Assembly: GCA_001662655.1 (NCBI GenBank) | Contig: KV460236.1 | Source of the DNA: Pseudogymnoascus verrucosus | Taxonomy: Eukaryota | Length of the DNA stretch: 64,000 nucleotides | Direction: 5' to 3' (one strand) | Shown here: positions 24,129 to 35,030 of the stretch, in pieces | Numbering within the stretch: the first letter of the stretch is position 1 | Layout: every line of letters begins with the position of its first letter | The notes under the pieces: model-generated | Told to the model about the DNA's origin: nothing | Databases searched by the model: none | What the model saw: the letters and a program-made list of their open reading frames with translations, nothing else | Made by a program: the position numbers and the translations under genes

Positions 24129-25523
24129 CTACAACCTCCCCGGCCCCGGCGTCCCCTCCTCGCTCTCGGCGCTCCCCCCCCTCTCCTCATGCTCCACCGC
24201 CGCCGCCAGCGCATCAAGCCCCTGATTATCCGCCCTCTCCCCTCTCCCCTGCCACCTCCCAACCTCCTGCATCTGCCTCGCCTGCAAACGTACCATATCG
24301 CGACTCAACCCCCTCCCCTCCCTCCTCATCGCCACTGCCGCCGAGCTCGCGCCCTTGCGGAGTCCACGACGACCGCCTGGTCCGCCAGATGAAGAAGAAG
24401 AGGTAGATGGACGAGGACGGCGCGAGTCCTTGTAGTGCGTCTCGAGGTGCTGTTTCATGTTATCGGCGCGGGTGAACTTCTTAGGGCAGCCGGGGAAGGC
24501 GCACTGGATGCCCTTCTCGCAGGTGTGGATCTTGGAGTGGCGCGAGGCGTGGCCGGAGGTCGTGAATGTCTTTTCGCAGCCCACGGCGTCGGCGTAGCGG
24601 CAGTGATACCTCTTGGTTCCCGAGGCAGTCACCGTGGTTGCTGGAGGCGGCGCGAAGGCGGGGATCTGCGGGACCATGTGTCCCTGCGACGCGGCGTAGG
24701 CCGCCATGGCGGGGTCGTGGTAGTGCTGCTCGTGGTAGTGGTGAGAGTGCATTGGGACGCCGTGGGGGGCGGGGAGGGTGCCAGGGAAGCGCGGGAGAGG
24801 GACCTGGGACGGCTTGGCGTAGCCGTCGAAGTGGCGGGATCCGGGCTCGAATTGCGTGGGGTCGGGATACATTGATCCTGGGCCCATGGAGCTGAACGAT
24901 GCGTTGCGCGAGACTGGGTATCCGTACTCTGGGAGGGCGTCGCGCGGGGTGGAAGGCGAGACAGGGTCGACGGTAGCGATGCTATCTCTCGAGCCGCAGC
25001 GGAACAACTGCGGCGTAGGCGGGGAAGCCTGGCGCCCGTGCCTTGGTCTCACGCCATCATGGTAAGAATGTCTCCTATCCTCACCCATATGATGATAATA
25101 CTCCCTCGCCGACGCACTCATCGGGTTCGCCGACAGCGGCGCGCGCATCTCGGGCGCCGAGAACGGGTCCTGCGCGTGGTCGTCCTCGCGCGCGTTCGTG
25201 GCCAGGTCCCAGTAGGTTCTGCGGCGGCGTAGCTCGGGGATGGGAGGAGCGCGTTGGTCGGGGCCGAGGGGGGGGAGCTGGATGGGCGAGTGGTGGTGCG
25301 CGGGGGAGGCGTGGGGGGAGCGCTGGCGCAGGGGGAGGGAGAGGCTCAGGTCCTGCGGTTGCCAGGGCGGGAGGGGGGCGCCGACGCGGCGGCGCTCGGG
25401 GATGCTGATTGTGTGCGGGCTGGGGAGGGTGCGGGGGGAGACGGGCTCGGAGGAGGCGGCGTGGCAGAGGATGTCGATGTCACGGCCGGACTTGTTGCGT
25501 ATCCGCAAGGGGTTGGAAGCCAT
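24129..25523 (-). CDS. C2H2 zinc-finger transcriptional repressor, Nrg1/Neurospora CSP-1-like
   Basis: Two C2H2 fingers, CEKTFTTSGHASRHSKIH and CPKKFTRADNMKQHLETH, typical of Nrg1/CSP-1. Short repression-like motifs IDILCHAA (N-terminal) and LDALAAAV (C-terminal). Confidence 0.88.
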   Translation of the reverse strand: MASNPLRIRNKSGRDIDILCHAASSEPVSPRTLPSPHTISIPERRRVGAPLPPWQPQDLSLSLPLRQRSPHASPAHHHSPIQLPPLGPDQRAPPIPELRRRRTYWDLATNAREDDHAQDPFSAPEMRAPLSANPMSASAREYYHHMGEDRRHSYHDGVRPRHGRQASPPTPQLFRCGSRDSIATVDPVSPSTPRDALPEYGYPVSRNASFSSMGPGSMYPDPTQFEPGSRHFDGYAKPSQVPLPRFPGTLPAPHGVPMHSHHYHEQHYHDPAMAAYAASQGHMVPQIPAFAPPPATTVTASGTKRYHCRYADAVGCEKTFTTSGHASRHSKIHTCEKGIQCAFPGCPKKFTRADNMKQHLETHYKDSRRPRPSTSSSSSGGPGGRRGLRKGASSAAVAMRREGRGLSRDMVRLQARQMQEVGRWQGRGERADNQGLDALAAAVEHEERGGSAESEEGTPGPGRL

Positions 25524-28500
25524 GTTTGGCGTGTGTGTGTTGTGTGTTGTTTGTGTGTGATGCTTGTGAGAGTTGGAGATGTGATGTTGGGAGTGGGTGA
25601 GAGTTTGTGGAGAGTGGTGAGTGTGGTGATACGGTTGGTGGGTTTAAGCAGCGTCCTATGAGACCGGCTGACGGGGTGGCTGCGTTCTTATAGAATGTGA
25701 AGTTCGGCGGGAGAGGGTAGAGAGTGGGTGTCAGAGGTGAAGTGGGCAGATAGATAGTTAGCGGAGCGGACAGGGCTGGTGGGGAGGGGGAGGGAGGGAG
25801 TGAGGTAGAGTGGCAGTGGCAGTAGTGGTAGTGGCAGTGAGTAGTGGAGTTGGAAGGTAAAAGGCAAGTAAGTATAGTTTTAGTATAGTTTAGAGTAGTT
25901 TAGATACAGTTGGACTACATGACAAATACAAGTAGCAGGTACAAGACACTAGTTAAGGTGCAAAGCATAAAGCGTAATGTTAAGTGTATAGCATGGGTAG
26001 AGTGTGGGTCGAGCAGGGGTGGAATATGGGTAGATATGGGTAGAGTGTGGGTATTAGGTGGGTACTGTCTGGGTATACATAAAGTAGAACAAATGTATGG
26101 GACGATGTGCGATGAACGATTTCCGATGTGCAAGGGCGATTGGCGATGGGGATTTTTATGGGTATGGGGAGGGAGTTAGAAGAGGGGGGTGTGGGTTAGG
26201 AAGGAAAGAGAGAGGGGCTATTTTGATGTGGCGTGTGAGTTTTTAGTTAGTGTTGTTTGTGTCTGTCTTTTACGTTAGTAACTGATCTAGTAAAAGTGGT
26301 AAAGGTGATAAAGTGGTCTAGCTGGTGTGAGTGATGTGGTTAGAAGCAGCGAGATCGTTGGATAGCGACGTTGAATATTGGGTAGAGTAATGTACTATTT
26401 TTGAGGATCGTAGGATAGCAATTGCACGTACGATGTATGCAAAAGTTGGATCTGTGATTAGAGCAGCTAGCTGCAAAAAAATATTGAAGAATTTTCGTGT
26501 ATGCGTGCGAAGTTTACGTACGTGCAGTGGTGGTCGGTCGTGCCTGCCTGCCTCTCCTAACAGCAACACCTCACAAAACGGGGTTATTCTCATTACTACA
26601 ACCACCACATCCCCATCCATCCTCATCCTCGCTCACCCACTGCATCCCCCTCCCAAAACGGGGCTCTTCGGGGCCATCGCCCTCTCTGCAATACGCCCAC
26701 ATCCAACTATGCAGGCTATAATTGCCAATATCCGTTTCCTGTGCCACTACAGTCCCATCATAGGCCCCTTATAGAAGATTCCCTTTCTGCAGGACAGGAC
26801 CAGTGCCCACATGAGGAAGCAAAAAAGGGGGTTTTGAGAGGGGGTAAGTGATAGATGATAGATCATTACGGAGACCTAAACAGAACGGTGTCTGTCTGCA
26901 GCAGCAGCATGATGTTGTTGTCGTTGTCGACAGTGGCGCTGCTGTCTTCGGTGTATGACATGCTGCTGCAGATTATTATTGTAGTTAGTAGTAGGAGTAG
27001 TGTAGTAGTGTGCAGATTTCCCTCCCCCCTGGACACCGGTCCCTACCTGGGGTGTGTATGTGGGTGGATGTATTCGACAGTACAAATCCTGTACCTTTCT
27101 CATACGATTGGGGCGCCGGGGGGGGGGGAGCAGCAGCAAGGGACGAAAGGCGCAAACGTTAAAATGGGACTTGACACTTAACTCACAATAGATTGTCAGG
27201 CAGCCAGTCAGTCGGTCGGTCAGTCAGTCCGTCATCTGCAATGTCTGCTGCGAGCATAGGATCATCATCGTAAAGGAAGTGAGTGAATGGTACTTGCGGC
27301 CAGACTGCACTAGAGTACGTACAGCTGGTTGTTACTTGTTCTCTTCTCAACCAGAGTTGTGCGGCGGTATGGCATGGTATGGTATGGTACGGTATTCTAT
27401 GGTTATGGATGGTACCTAGAAATGGGTCTACGAAAAGGGCCCATCTCGACCCCCAAGCTGGTTGTGGTGGTGGCTATTTGTGTGTCGAATGTTAATTTGT
27501 GTGCATGTATGTGTGGTATAGCAACCGGGGGACCACACGCTCAGAGCTAACTCACCGAGAATAGCTTCAGCGCCAGCGCCAGCGTTACAGACAGCTGTCA
27601 AAGGTGTCAATATCGGTCGCTCATCGTCGCCGGCGAGCAGTCACTTACGCATGGATGTTGGTATACTATACGATACCATGGTTAGACTTCCTGTTGGGGA
27701 GGAGTAGAGTCAATATTGGGAAGAGAATGCAGAATGTCAGATCATGATGGACATGGATAGTGTACATTTCTGGGATCGGGGGCGTCGATGGATGCATGGA
27801 TGGATGGTCGTCGGCGTTGCGGGGGAGCGACGACGACAAGAGAGACAAGAGACACGAGAGACGATCAGTTGTCTTGTACGACGAGTCGTGGGCAGAGCGT
27901 CGATCGGCGATCATCATCATCGGCAGTGGTACTTCTGATGAGGTGCAGGAGTGTGCAGCGATGGAGGTGTTGGCAGGGGTTTGTTGTATGTGTGTGTGTG
28001 GATTCGTAGTGCATGTACCTGTCGATTTAACTGTTGTGGAGTTTCTTGCTGTCGCTGTCGATTCGCACACAATGTACCACCCCTGTAGATGGATGGAGCA
28101 CCTCCACCACACCCCTCCCCCGTCTCCCATGCAGAGCTGACCTGGGTCTTGGCGATTGGAGGTTGGTCTTGGCTCATGGTGATCTTGGTCTGATTTATTG
28201 GGGGAAGCGAGGGAGTTGCTTCGATAGAGCGTGATGGAGCGTGATGGAGCGTGATGTTTGAGTATAGTATGGTGCCACTTTTTTATGTTCTAATTTATGT
28301 ATTCACTAAAATGGGCAGACTTTGTGCAGTTAGATGAGAATAGTGGTGTGTGTATGTGTGTGTTATGTGTGTGTGTTGGCCGTGGTTTATTTATTGATTG
28401 TGGGTTTTACTTTGTGGTTGTATGGTGTGTGTGTATGCATAAGACAGTTCTGCTACAGGTCAACGGACGATGCCCCAAATGCAACTACGACAATAGAGAC

Positions 28501-31500
28501 AGATACACCCAAATACAGACACACACACAGGCCATGCCTACCATGCCTCCCAAGCCTACACACCTCATTCACACACACACATACACGCTCACACCTAATA
28601 CACTCCGAATGCGACGATACCTACATACACACACTCACCTACCTACTCACCTACTCACCTTCATCTCACTTCACTCTTCCTTCAATATGACTGAAATTTC
28701 TATCACAATCCTGTCAACTCCCATCAGGTCCCCTCCTACACTCCTTATTCCCCTGTTGCCACAACCCTGTGCCTGAGCTGCTCACAATGACACAATGACA
28801 CAAACGACTTAATGAGTAATCACCCACCCATCCCCCTCATCCCCCTCACCCTTCCCCCCTCGCACCATCCCTCGACATCACCCTCTCCCCCTCGCACCAT
28901 CCCTCACCCTTCTCCCTCTCTCCCATCTTAACGACACTGACGTCACCACCTTTCGTGCTCCCCGACACACCAGCACCAACACCATGCCATTCCCCTCTTC
29001 CCCATAGGCCACAACACCCACTCCAACACCCCAATCCCCATCAGACCACCCCTTAGTCAGCAACAGCAACTCTTCTCTACCGTACCTTACCACAGAACCA
29101 CAAATCCAGAGTTTAGTCAATCCCCATGGAGTGCCCGGCATCCCCAAAGCGTGCAAAATATCACCCCATCGAGAATAACCCTATGGAGCCGCCCCGTCCG
29201 TCGCCCATCTCCCTCCATAGCTCCCCCTGCCCAGTCGAGAACACACACACTGAGAGGAGGCAACCTAGCAACCTAGAGGGAATAGTACGGTCGCCTCCCC
29301 ACCCGTTACCGCGTCTCCCTCCTCCACCCCCCATCCAATCCCCATCCCCCGATTTATCTTCACCGGCCCACTTCCCACTCTCCACGGCACTCTCCAGTGG
29401 TAAACTCCCCGCCATCCAACACCATCCAACCCAACCACATCCCTCTAACCAATCACCAGCTCCATGCCTCCAATTCTCCAACAAGTTAGTCTGGACGTCT
29501 GGCAGCACTGTGGTGCAAGGCCAGGCCTGTGCCCTGCTAGCGAGGACCCTACAACCCGCACCACCCGTCCCAGCGCCAAGAGTACTCTAACTAGGGAACG
29601 AGTTGGGTGGCGACAGGCCCAGGGCGGGAGAGGAGAGCTTCCTGTACGGAACGGAGGGGTGAGGTCCATGGGAAGGGAGGGGGATACCACGACAATTCAC
29701 AACACTTCAATTCATCCCCTCTTGCAAAAGCCGCAACGGTTCTTCCATACCACCACCACCACCACCTTCTCCCAGACACACAAAGGCACACGGACATAAC
29801 AATCAAGACAAACACCTGCACCTGCATCAGGAGCCATCTCCGGGGTCTCACTCAAATCTCCGCCCCCCTCCGTTCCTTCCAAATCAAAAAAATTCCCCAT
29901 CCCCTCTCCCATCCCATTTCCCCATCCCCTCCTCTCCATTTCCCATCTCCCCGCCGTCCTCTGTGCGTACCGTGCGTGCGCTGCTCGGGGGGTCCGTTGG
30001 GCTGTGTGTACCCGTACCCACCAGCGCGACGATCGGGGGTGGGTAGTGCATTGGTAAACTCTGGTACGGGGATGGTACACCGCAGTACAGAAAGTCCTCT
30101 ATCGTACATGGGGCGATAGAGCTGGGGATTGGGTAGCGACACACACCTGTAACTAACTCCCTGCCTGCACAGTTCGCAATGGAGAAGGATGCGATGCGAT
30201 GCGGATGCGAGATGCCCTGTATGGATGGCCTGCTTACAAGATGAACAGGGATGCTGGGGCAAGAAAGATACGTACTGCACTGTACTGCACACCAGAAAAC
30301 CCACCAACCCACACGCCGGCGCAAGTCTAGATCCGGCCATCGCTGCATGATGCGACTAGCACGGATGGGGGTTGGGGGGAGGTGGGAGAGACCCTGCTTG
30401 ACGTCACGGTTGGGAGGTTGTGCCTGACAGGAGAGTGGTGGTGGTGGGCTTGGGGAGGAGGAGGCTGAGTGTGTGTGTATAGGTGGTGATTTGTGTGGTT
30501 TGTGTGTGTGGTGTGGTGACTGTTGGAGAGGGGTTGCACGTGTTCCCACTGAGAGGAATGGAGCTGGAGGGTGAGGTTTGGGGATTTTGGGCGTGTGGTT
30601 GCAGCACAGACACAGTTACAGTGTAAGCATGGCTTGCTTTTGGAGATACATCATCATCGCTGTCGCTGCTGCTGACGACGATGACCACGACGACGATACG
30701 ACAATACGACAATACCACGACATCACCCTGGATAAATCCAATAGGTAATGCACGCCATACATAACCCCCTCCCTGTCATAATCCCTCATCACCACCAGTC
30801 ACCACTCACTCACAACCACTCACTCACAATACCCCCCCCCGTCAACCCCGTCAACCCAGTTACCCAACACCCATAATCCAGGAAGACGGGAATCCCCAAA
30901 TACGAGCCCAGAAAAATCAATAATAAAACGCCACCAAAACCCTCATTTCTGTCGGTAGCTGGGCTGGGCTGGGCCTGTGTTGGGGTATTTACCCCATACC
31001 GATCACAAAAAACTGTGTCGTCACTTTCACCGGTACTCGGGTACGATGGAGTAACCCTTACCCCCTTCGTTCCTTCCGTCCCTCGCTCCCTCTCCCTCGC
31101 TCTTTCCCTCCCGGCCGCTTCTATTGCCGATTTGCCGTCCGTCGCGGAGTTGGTCTCATTCATTACTTACGTTATGCCTCTATCCTCTATCGTCCCTTCC
31201 TTCATTGAGCTTACCGGTTACTCGCGCTTTCCTCCCGTCGTTAACTCCGTCCTAACCCCCCTCGATCGCACCTTCCCTCCTTCCTTCCGCTCCTTACCTA
31301 ACTTAACCTCGCTCCATCACACACTCCCTACCTCGGGTCTCACTTCCCCACACTCCACTACACTACTCGCACGCTTTCCTCTCAAGACCATCGACGCCAC
31401 AACGACTTGGAGCGCCCCAGCCCCCTTGCCGGAGCTGAGACAGGCACAAGAGTACTTTGTTGGCCCCTGAGACATGGCCGAGATCACCATAACGATCTGG

Positions 31501-33394
31501 TGCCCCCCTGCAGACACTCTCGCGATGCGCCGGTGGAAAGAGGTATTGTGATCATGGAGATGCTATTGAGAGGGCTACTGAGGGGCCTACTGAGAGGTCT
31601 CCTGTCGTGACCCCCCTGGTGAGGAAGTTGCACGGGGCTCTGGCGGTGCCCTATCTCCCTTTCCCGTTTTCTCTACAGTACTACAGACACACAGACAGAA
31701 GACAGAGTTACTTACACTCACCAGACAAACATCTCTGAGACACAAAGCGGCCCCACACCCCACAACGGCGCCCTCTTGCATCGCCGATGGAGATCTCGAG
31801 CCCTCTCGCCCTGCCCTGCCCTGCTGCCACCTTCTCACCCTGCCCTGTCCATCAATCAATCCACTCTCACCAACCCCTGTCCTGCTGTCCTCCTGCCCTA
31901 CCTCTACCGCTCCACCGAAAAGCAGGGCAAGCAACGACTCTCATCTCTCTCACCAGGCATCTTCGACGAGCGGGTACCACCACACCCCCGGCACAACTCT
32001 ACTCACCACCCCAGCCACCCCCGGGAAGGGAGGAGTCTGAGCACGGCCTCGGCGATCAAGGCGGCCGGCGAGTGGGGAGCGGAGCGGGAGGGGGGGTCGC
32101 CGGATTGGGGTCGCCTTGCGAGATAGGGTGAGAGGGTGAGAGTGAGAAGTGATGCCCGGATCGAGCGGGTGCCGGTGGGGAGGGGGGAAGAGCGGCTGGG
32201 GCGGCATTGGGTGGGGTGGTGCCCGGCGAGTTGTGCCTCTCCTTGAGCTGTGCCCTCCCCCCCCCCCTTTGAGCTATGGGGATTTGGGGTGTTCTGCCGT
32301 TGGGTTCGGTCGTGGCATCGACCGTTTGGGGGGGTGGTTGAGGGTGTTGAGGGTAGTAGAGGGTGGTAGAGGGGCTGAGAGGGCTGAGGAGGGTGTTAGG
32401 GAGGGTGGTCTACCATTTAGTTCGCCGTTTGGGGGAATGGTAGGCCGTTTGGGGGGGTGGTTGAGGGTGCTATCGGGGCTGAGTAGGGTGATAGAGGGTG
32501 CTAGGAGGGTGTTGGGAAGCTAAAACGACGCTGCTGCAGCTGGTCACGGCGATGAGGGGGGTGATGGGGGTGCTGGGGGTGGTCATGGGGGGGGGGTTAG
32601 TTTGCGGGAGTTAGGGAGTTAGGGAGTTAGGGGGTGAGGGATGGGGGGATAGGGAGGGGATTGGGGATGGATTGGGGATTAGTGAGAGGGACTACACTAC
32701 ACTACACTACACCATCAACCTTCTACAGCCCTACAATCCCTCACCAGCACCAGCTGACCAGGTATGCCCCCTCCCTCCCCTTCCCTCTACTCATCTCACC
32801 ACAACACCACAACACCAAGCTCCCAAGCTCCCAAGCACATCCATCGCGTCATCGGACATACCTCCACCCCAGCTCAGCTCGACAAGCTCCCCCCTGCCGT
32901 CCATCCCGTTCCCCGCACCGCACGCACGCACGTCCGGTATGGAGGAGACTAGACCGATCGATCGGCCGGGCGGCCGGGTGGGGTTGCGTGCACGGCGATG
33001 GGCTGGGGGGGTGGTGTGCCAAGGACGGCGGAGGACGGGTAGGCGATGTGGTGGATCGGGGGAGTGGGAGGTTGAGTAAGGTTGGGTAATGGCATTGTCA
33101 GCAGGGCAAAGCAGTGGAGTCGAGAGGGATGGAGGGCAGGGGAAGTGAGATAGAGGGCAGGTCAGGGGAGAGAAGGGGAAGGTCGTGCCGGTAGGGTTGG
33201 TGGTGGTAGGGTTGGTAATGTTACTAATGGTAGTGGTGTTGCCGGTAGTGCCGCCGGTAGTGCTGCCGGTAGCGTTAGAAGTGGTACCAGTAGTCGCTGA
33301 TCCGATTGCGAGCGTTAGGGATCAAGGTATACGGATTGTTGGACGGGCATCAGATTTGTCAACGGTGGTTGGTGCTTTGGAGGGGATGACGGAT

Positions 33395-35030
33395 GCCGGA
33401 TTGGGCGGTGTTTGGTTTGAGATACTGGATACTTGGGGTGTACGAGAGGTCTACTCGGAGTCTACTTACTACTACTCTAGCTGTATATTGAATGATTTAC
33501 TTACTTATCTCCAAGTAAATGATTCAATAGATGTGCGATTTCTCACTGCTAGTTGGAGGCATAAGATATTGGCGGCGGAGTAATGGCGAGGTTGATCGCC
33601 GGATGGGGATGGGTGAAGTTTGTTTGATTGAGATATTTCGATATAGTAAAGCCGTTTGATTTACTTTTGCAAAAGGCGTTTCTCATCAGAGTTTAATTTA
33701 ATGTTAAAGCAAGCAAGCAAGCCAAAAAAAAACGCCGGATTAGGCCATGTGAAGCCGTTGATTGAGATCCCGTTATAGTTCACGCCCGTTTTGATTTACA
33801 TTTTTTTAGATGCAATGTTGCTCTCCCATCAAACATAACGGCAGGTTTGACGCCGGATTTGGTCATGTGAAATCCCCCAGCCGTTGAGTGAGTGAGATTT
33901 TCGATAACTTCCATGTATCCAGGGCCCCTTTTTTTATCCTCTACATTGTTCGAGAGCGAAGGGGGTTCACGTACAGGCGTTATCAAGCAGGGAATGCCGG
34001 ATTAGGCCATGTGAAATCCCGTTTTGATTTACAGTTGCTCCCCTTCTATTGAAGTATTGAAGATTGTAGGGGGACGATTTTCAGGTACAGACTCGAGATT
34101 ATTGGGTGAGAGAGGCGCCGGATGGGGATGGGTGAGGTGCGTTGATTTACCCCTTCTATAACGTTAGAGGGGACTTTCAGGTACGGAACGCCGGATTAAG
34201 ATGGGTGAGGTGCTTTGATTTACCCCTTCGAGGGGACTTCAGGTACAGAACCTATGATAAACACCGGATTAGGAGACGTGAAGCCGTTTGACTTACCCTT
34301 CGATGTTAATTTCGAGGTCTGATTTACGTACCCCTTCCATGGCCGTTGAAAGGGGACTGCAGGTACGGGCTTTGGATTATGGAGAGAGAAAGAACGGCGC
34401 CGGATGGAGAAGGGTGAGTGAGGTGCTCTGATTTACCCCCCTTCCATAGCGTTATCGAGGGAACTGCAGGTACGTGGTTCATATTATTGGGTGAGAAAAG
34501 CCACCGGATTTGGGAGGGTGAGTGAGGTGCTCTGATTAACCCTTCAATCTAGTCTTCCACGGCGGTGGTTTGGAGAGAGGGGACTTTCAGGTACGAGGAC
34601 CACCTTAATGGCTGGAAAGGCGCCGGATGGGTACAGGTGAGGTGGCTTGATTTACCCCTTCTATGGCGTTTCTGGGGACTGCAAGGTGTGGAATGGCCGG
34701 ATTAGGCCATGCGAGGACCGTTGGTTGAGACCCCGGTTCCATATCACTAAGTGAGTTCTTCCCTATCTGCAACTGTCTTCGAAGGGGGTTCACTGGGGGG
34801 TTCACTGATACTCGTTTATTGAAATGGCCAGGGAAATTTCGCCGGATTGGGGGCCGTTTGATTAAGATTCATTTACTGTGGTCTAACTAATGCATTTACT
34901 TAGTCCTTGCATTTCCATGACTCTCGTCCAAGGCTGTTAGCTGCACTTGGTACCCTTAGATGGGGGTGTTAAGATGGGATGTTTAGATTAATAGCAAGCA
35001 GGACGCCGGATTGGGATGGGTGATTGGGGG
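33395..35030. repeat. Array of 14 degenerate modular repeats; consensus RCCGGAT-N7-12-GTGAGGTGC-YTGATTTACCCCTT-[variable]-AGGGGACTKCAGGTAC
   Basis: RCCGGAT at 33395, 33598, 33734, 33852, 33996, 34117, 34190, 34263, 34399, 34503, 34622, 34696, 34841 and 35005; spacing 73-203 nt. The central units carry all modules. Confidence 0.9.

Noticed and set aside
32611..32634. (TTAGGGAG)3 as telomeric repeat or telomerase template
   Set aside because: It is an 8-mer rather than a TTAGGG tandem, very short, and lies in a G-rich low-complexity block.
33395..35030. CRISPR array, tRNA/SINE array or hammerhead ribozyme reading of the repeat array
   Set aside because: The context is eukaryotic with no cas genes, and the repeats are degenerate and unevenly spaced. 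There is no conserved acceptor stem or GTTCRA B-box despite the 73-nt minimal unit. The minus-strand CTGAAAG...TAAA does not match the CUGANGA...GAAA core.
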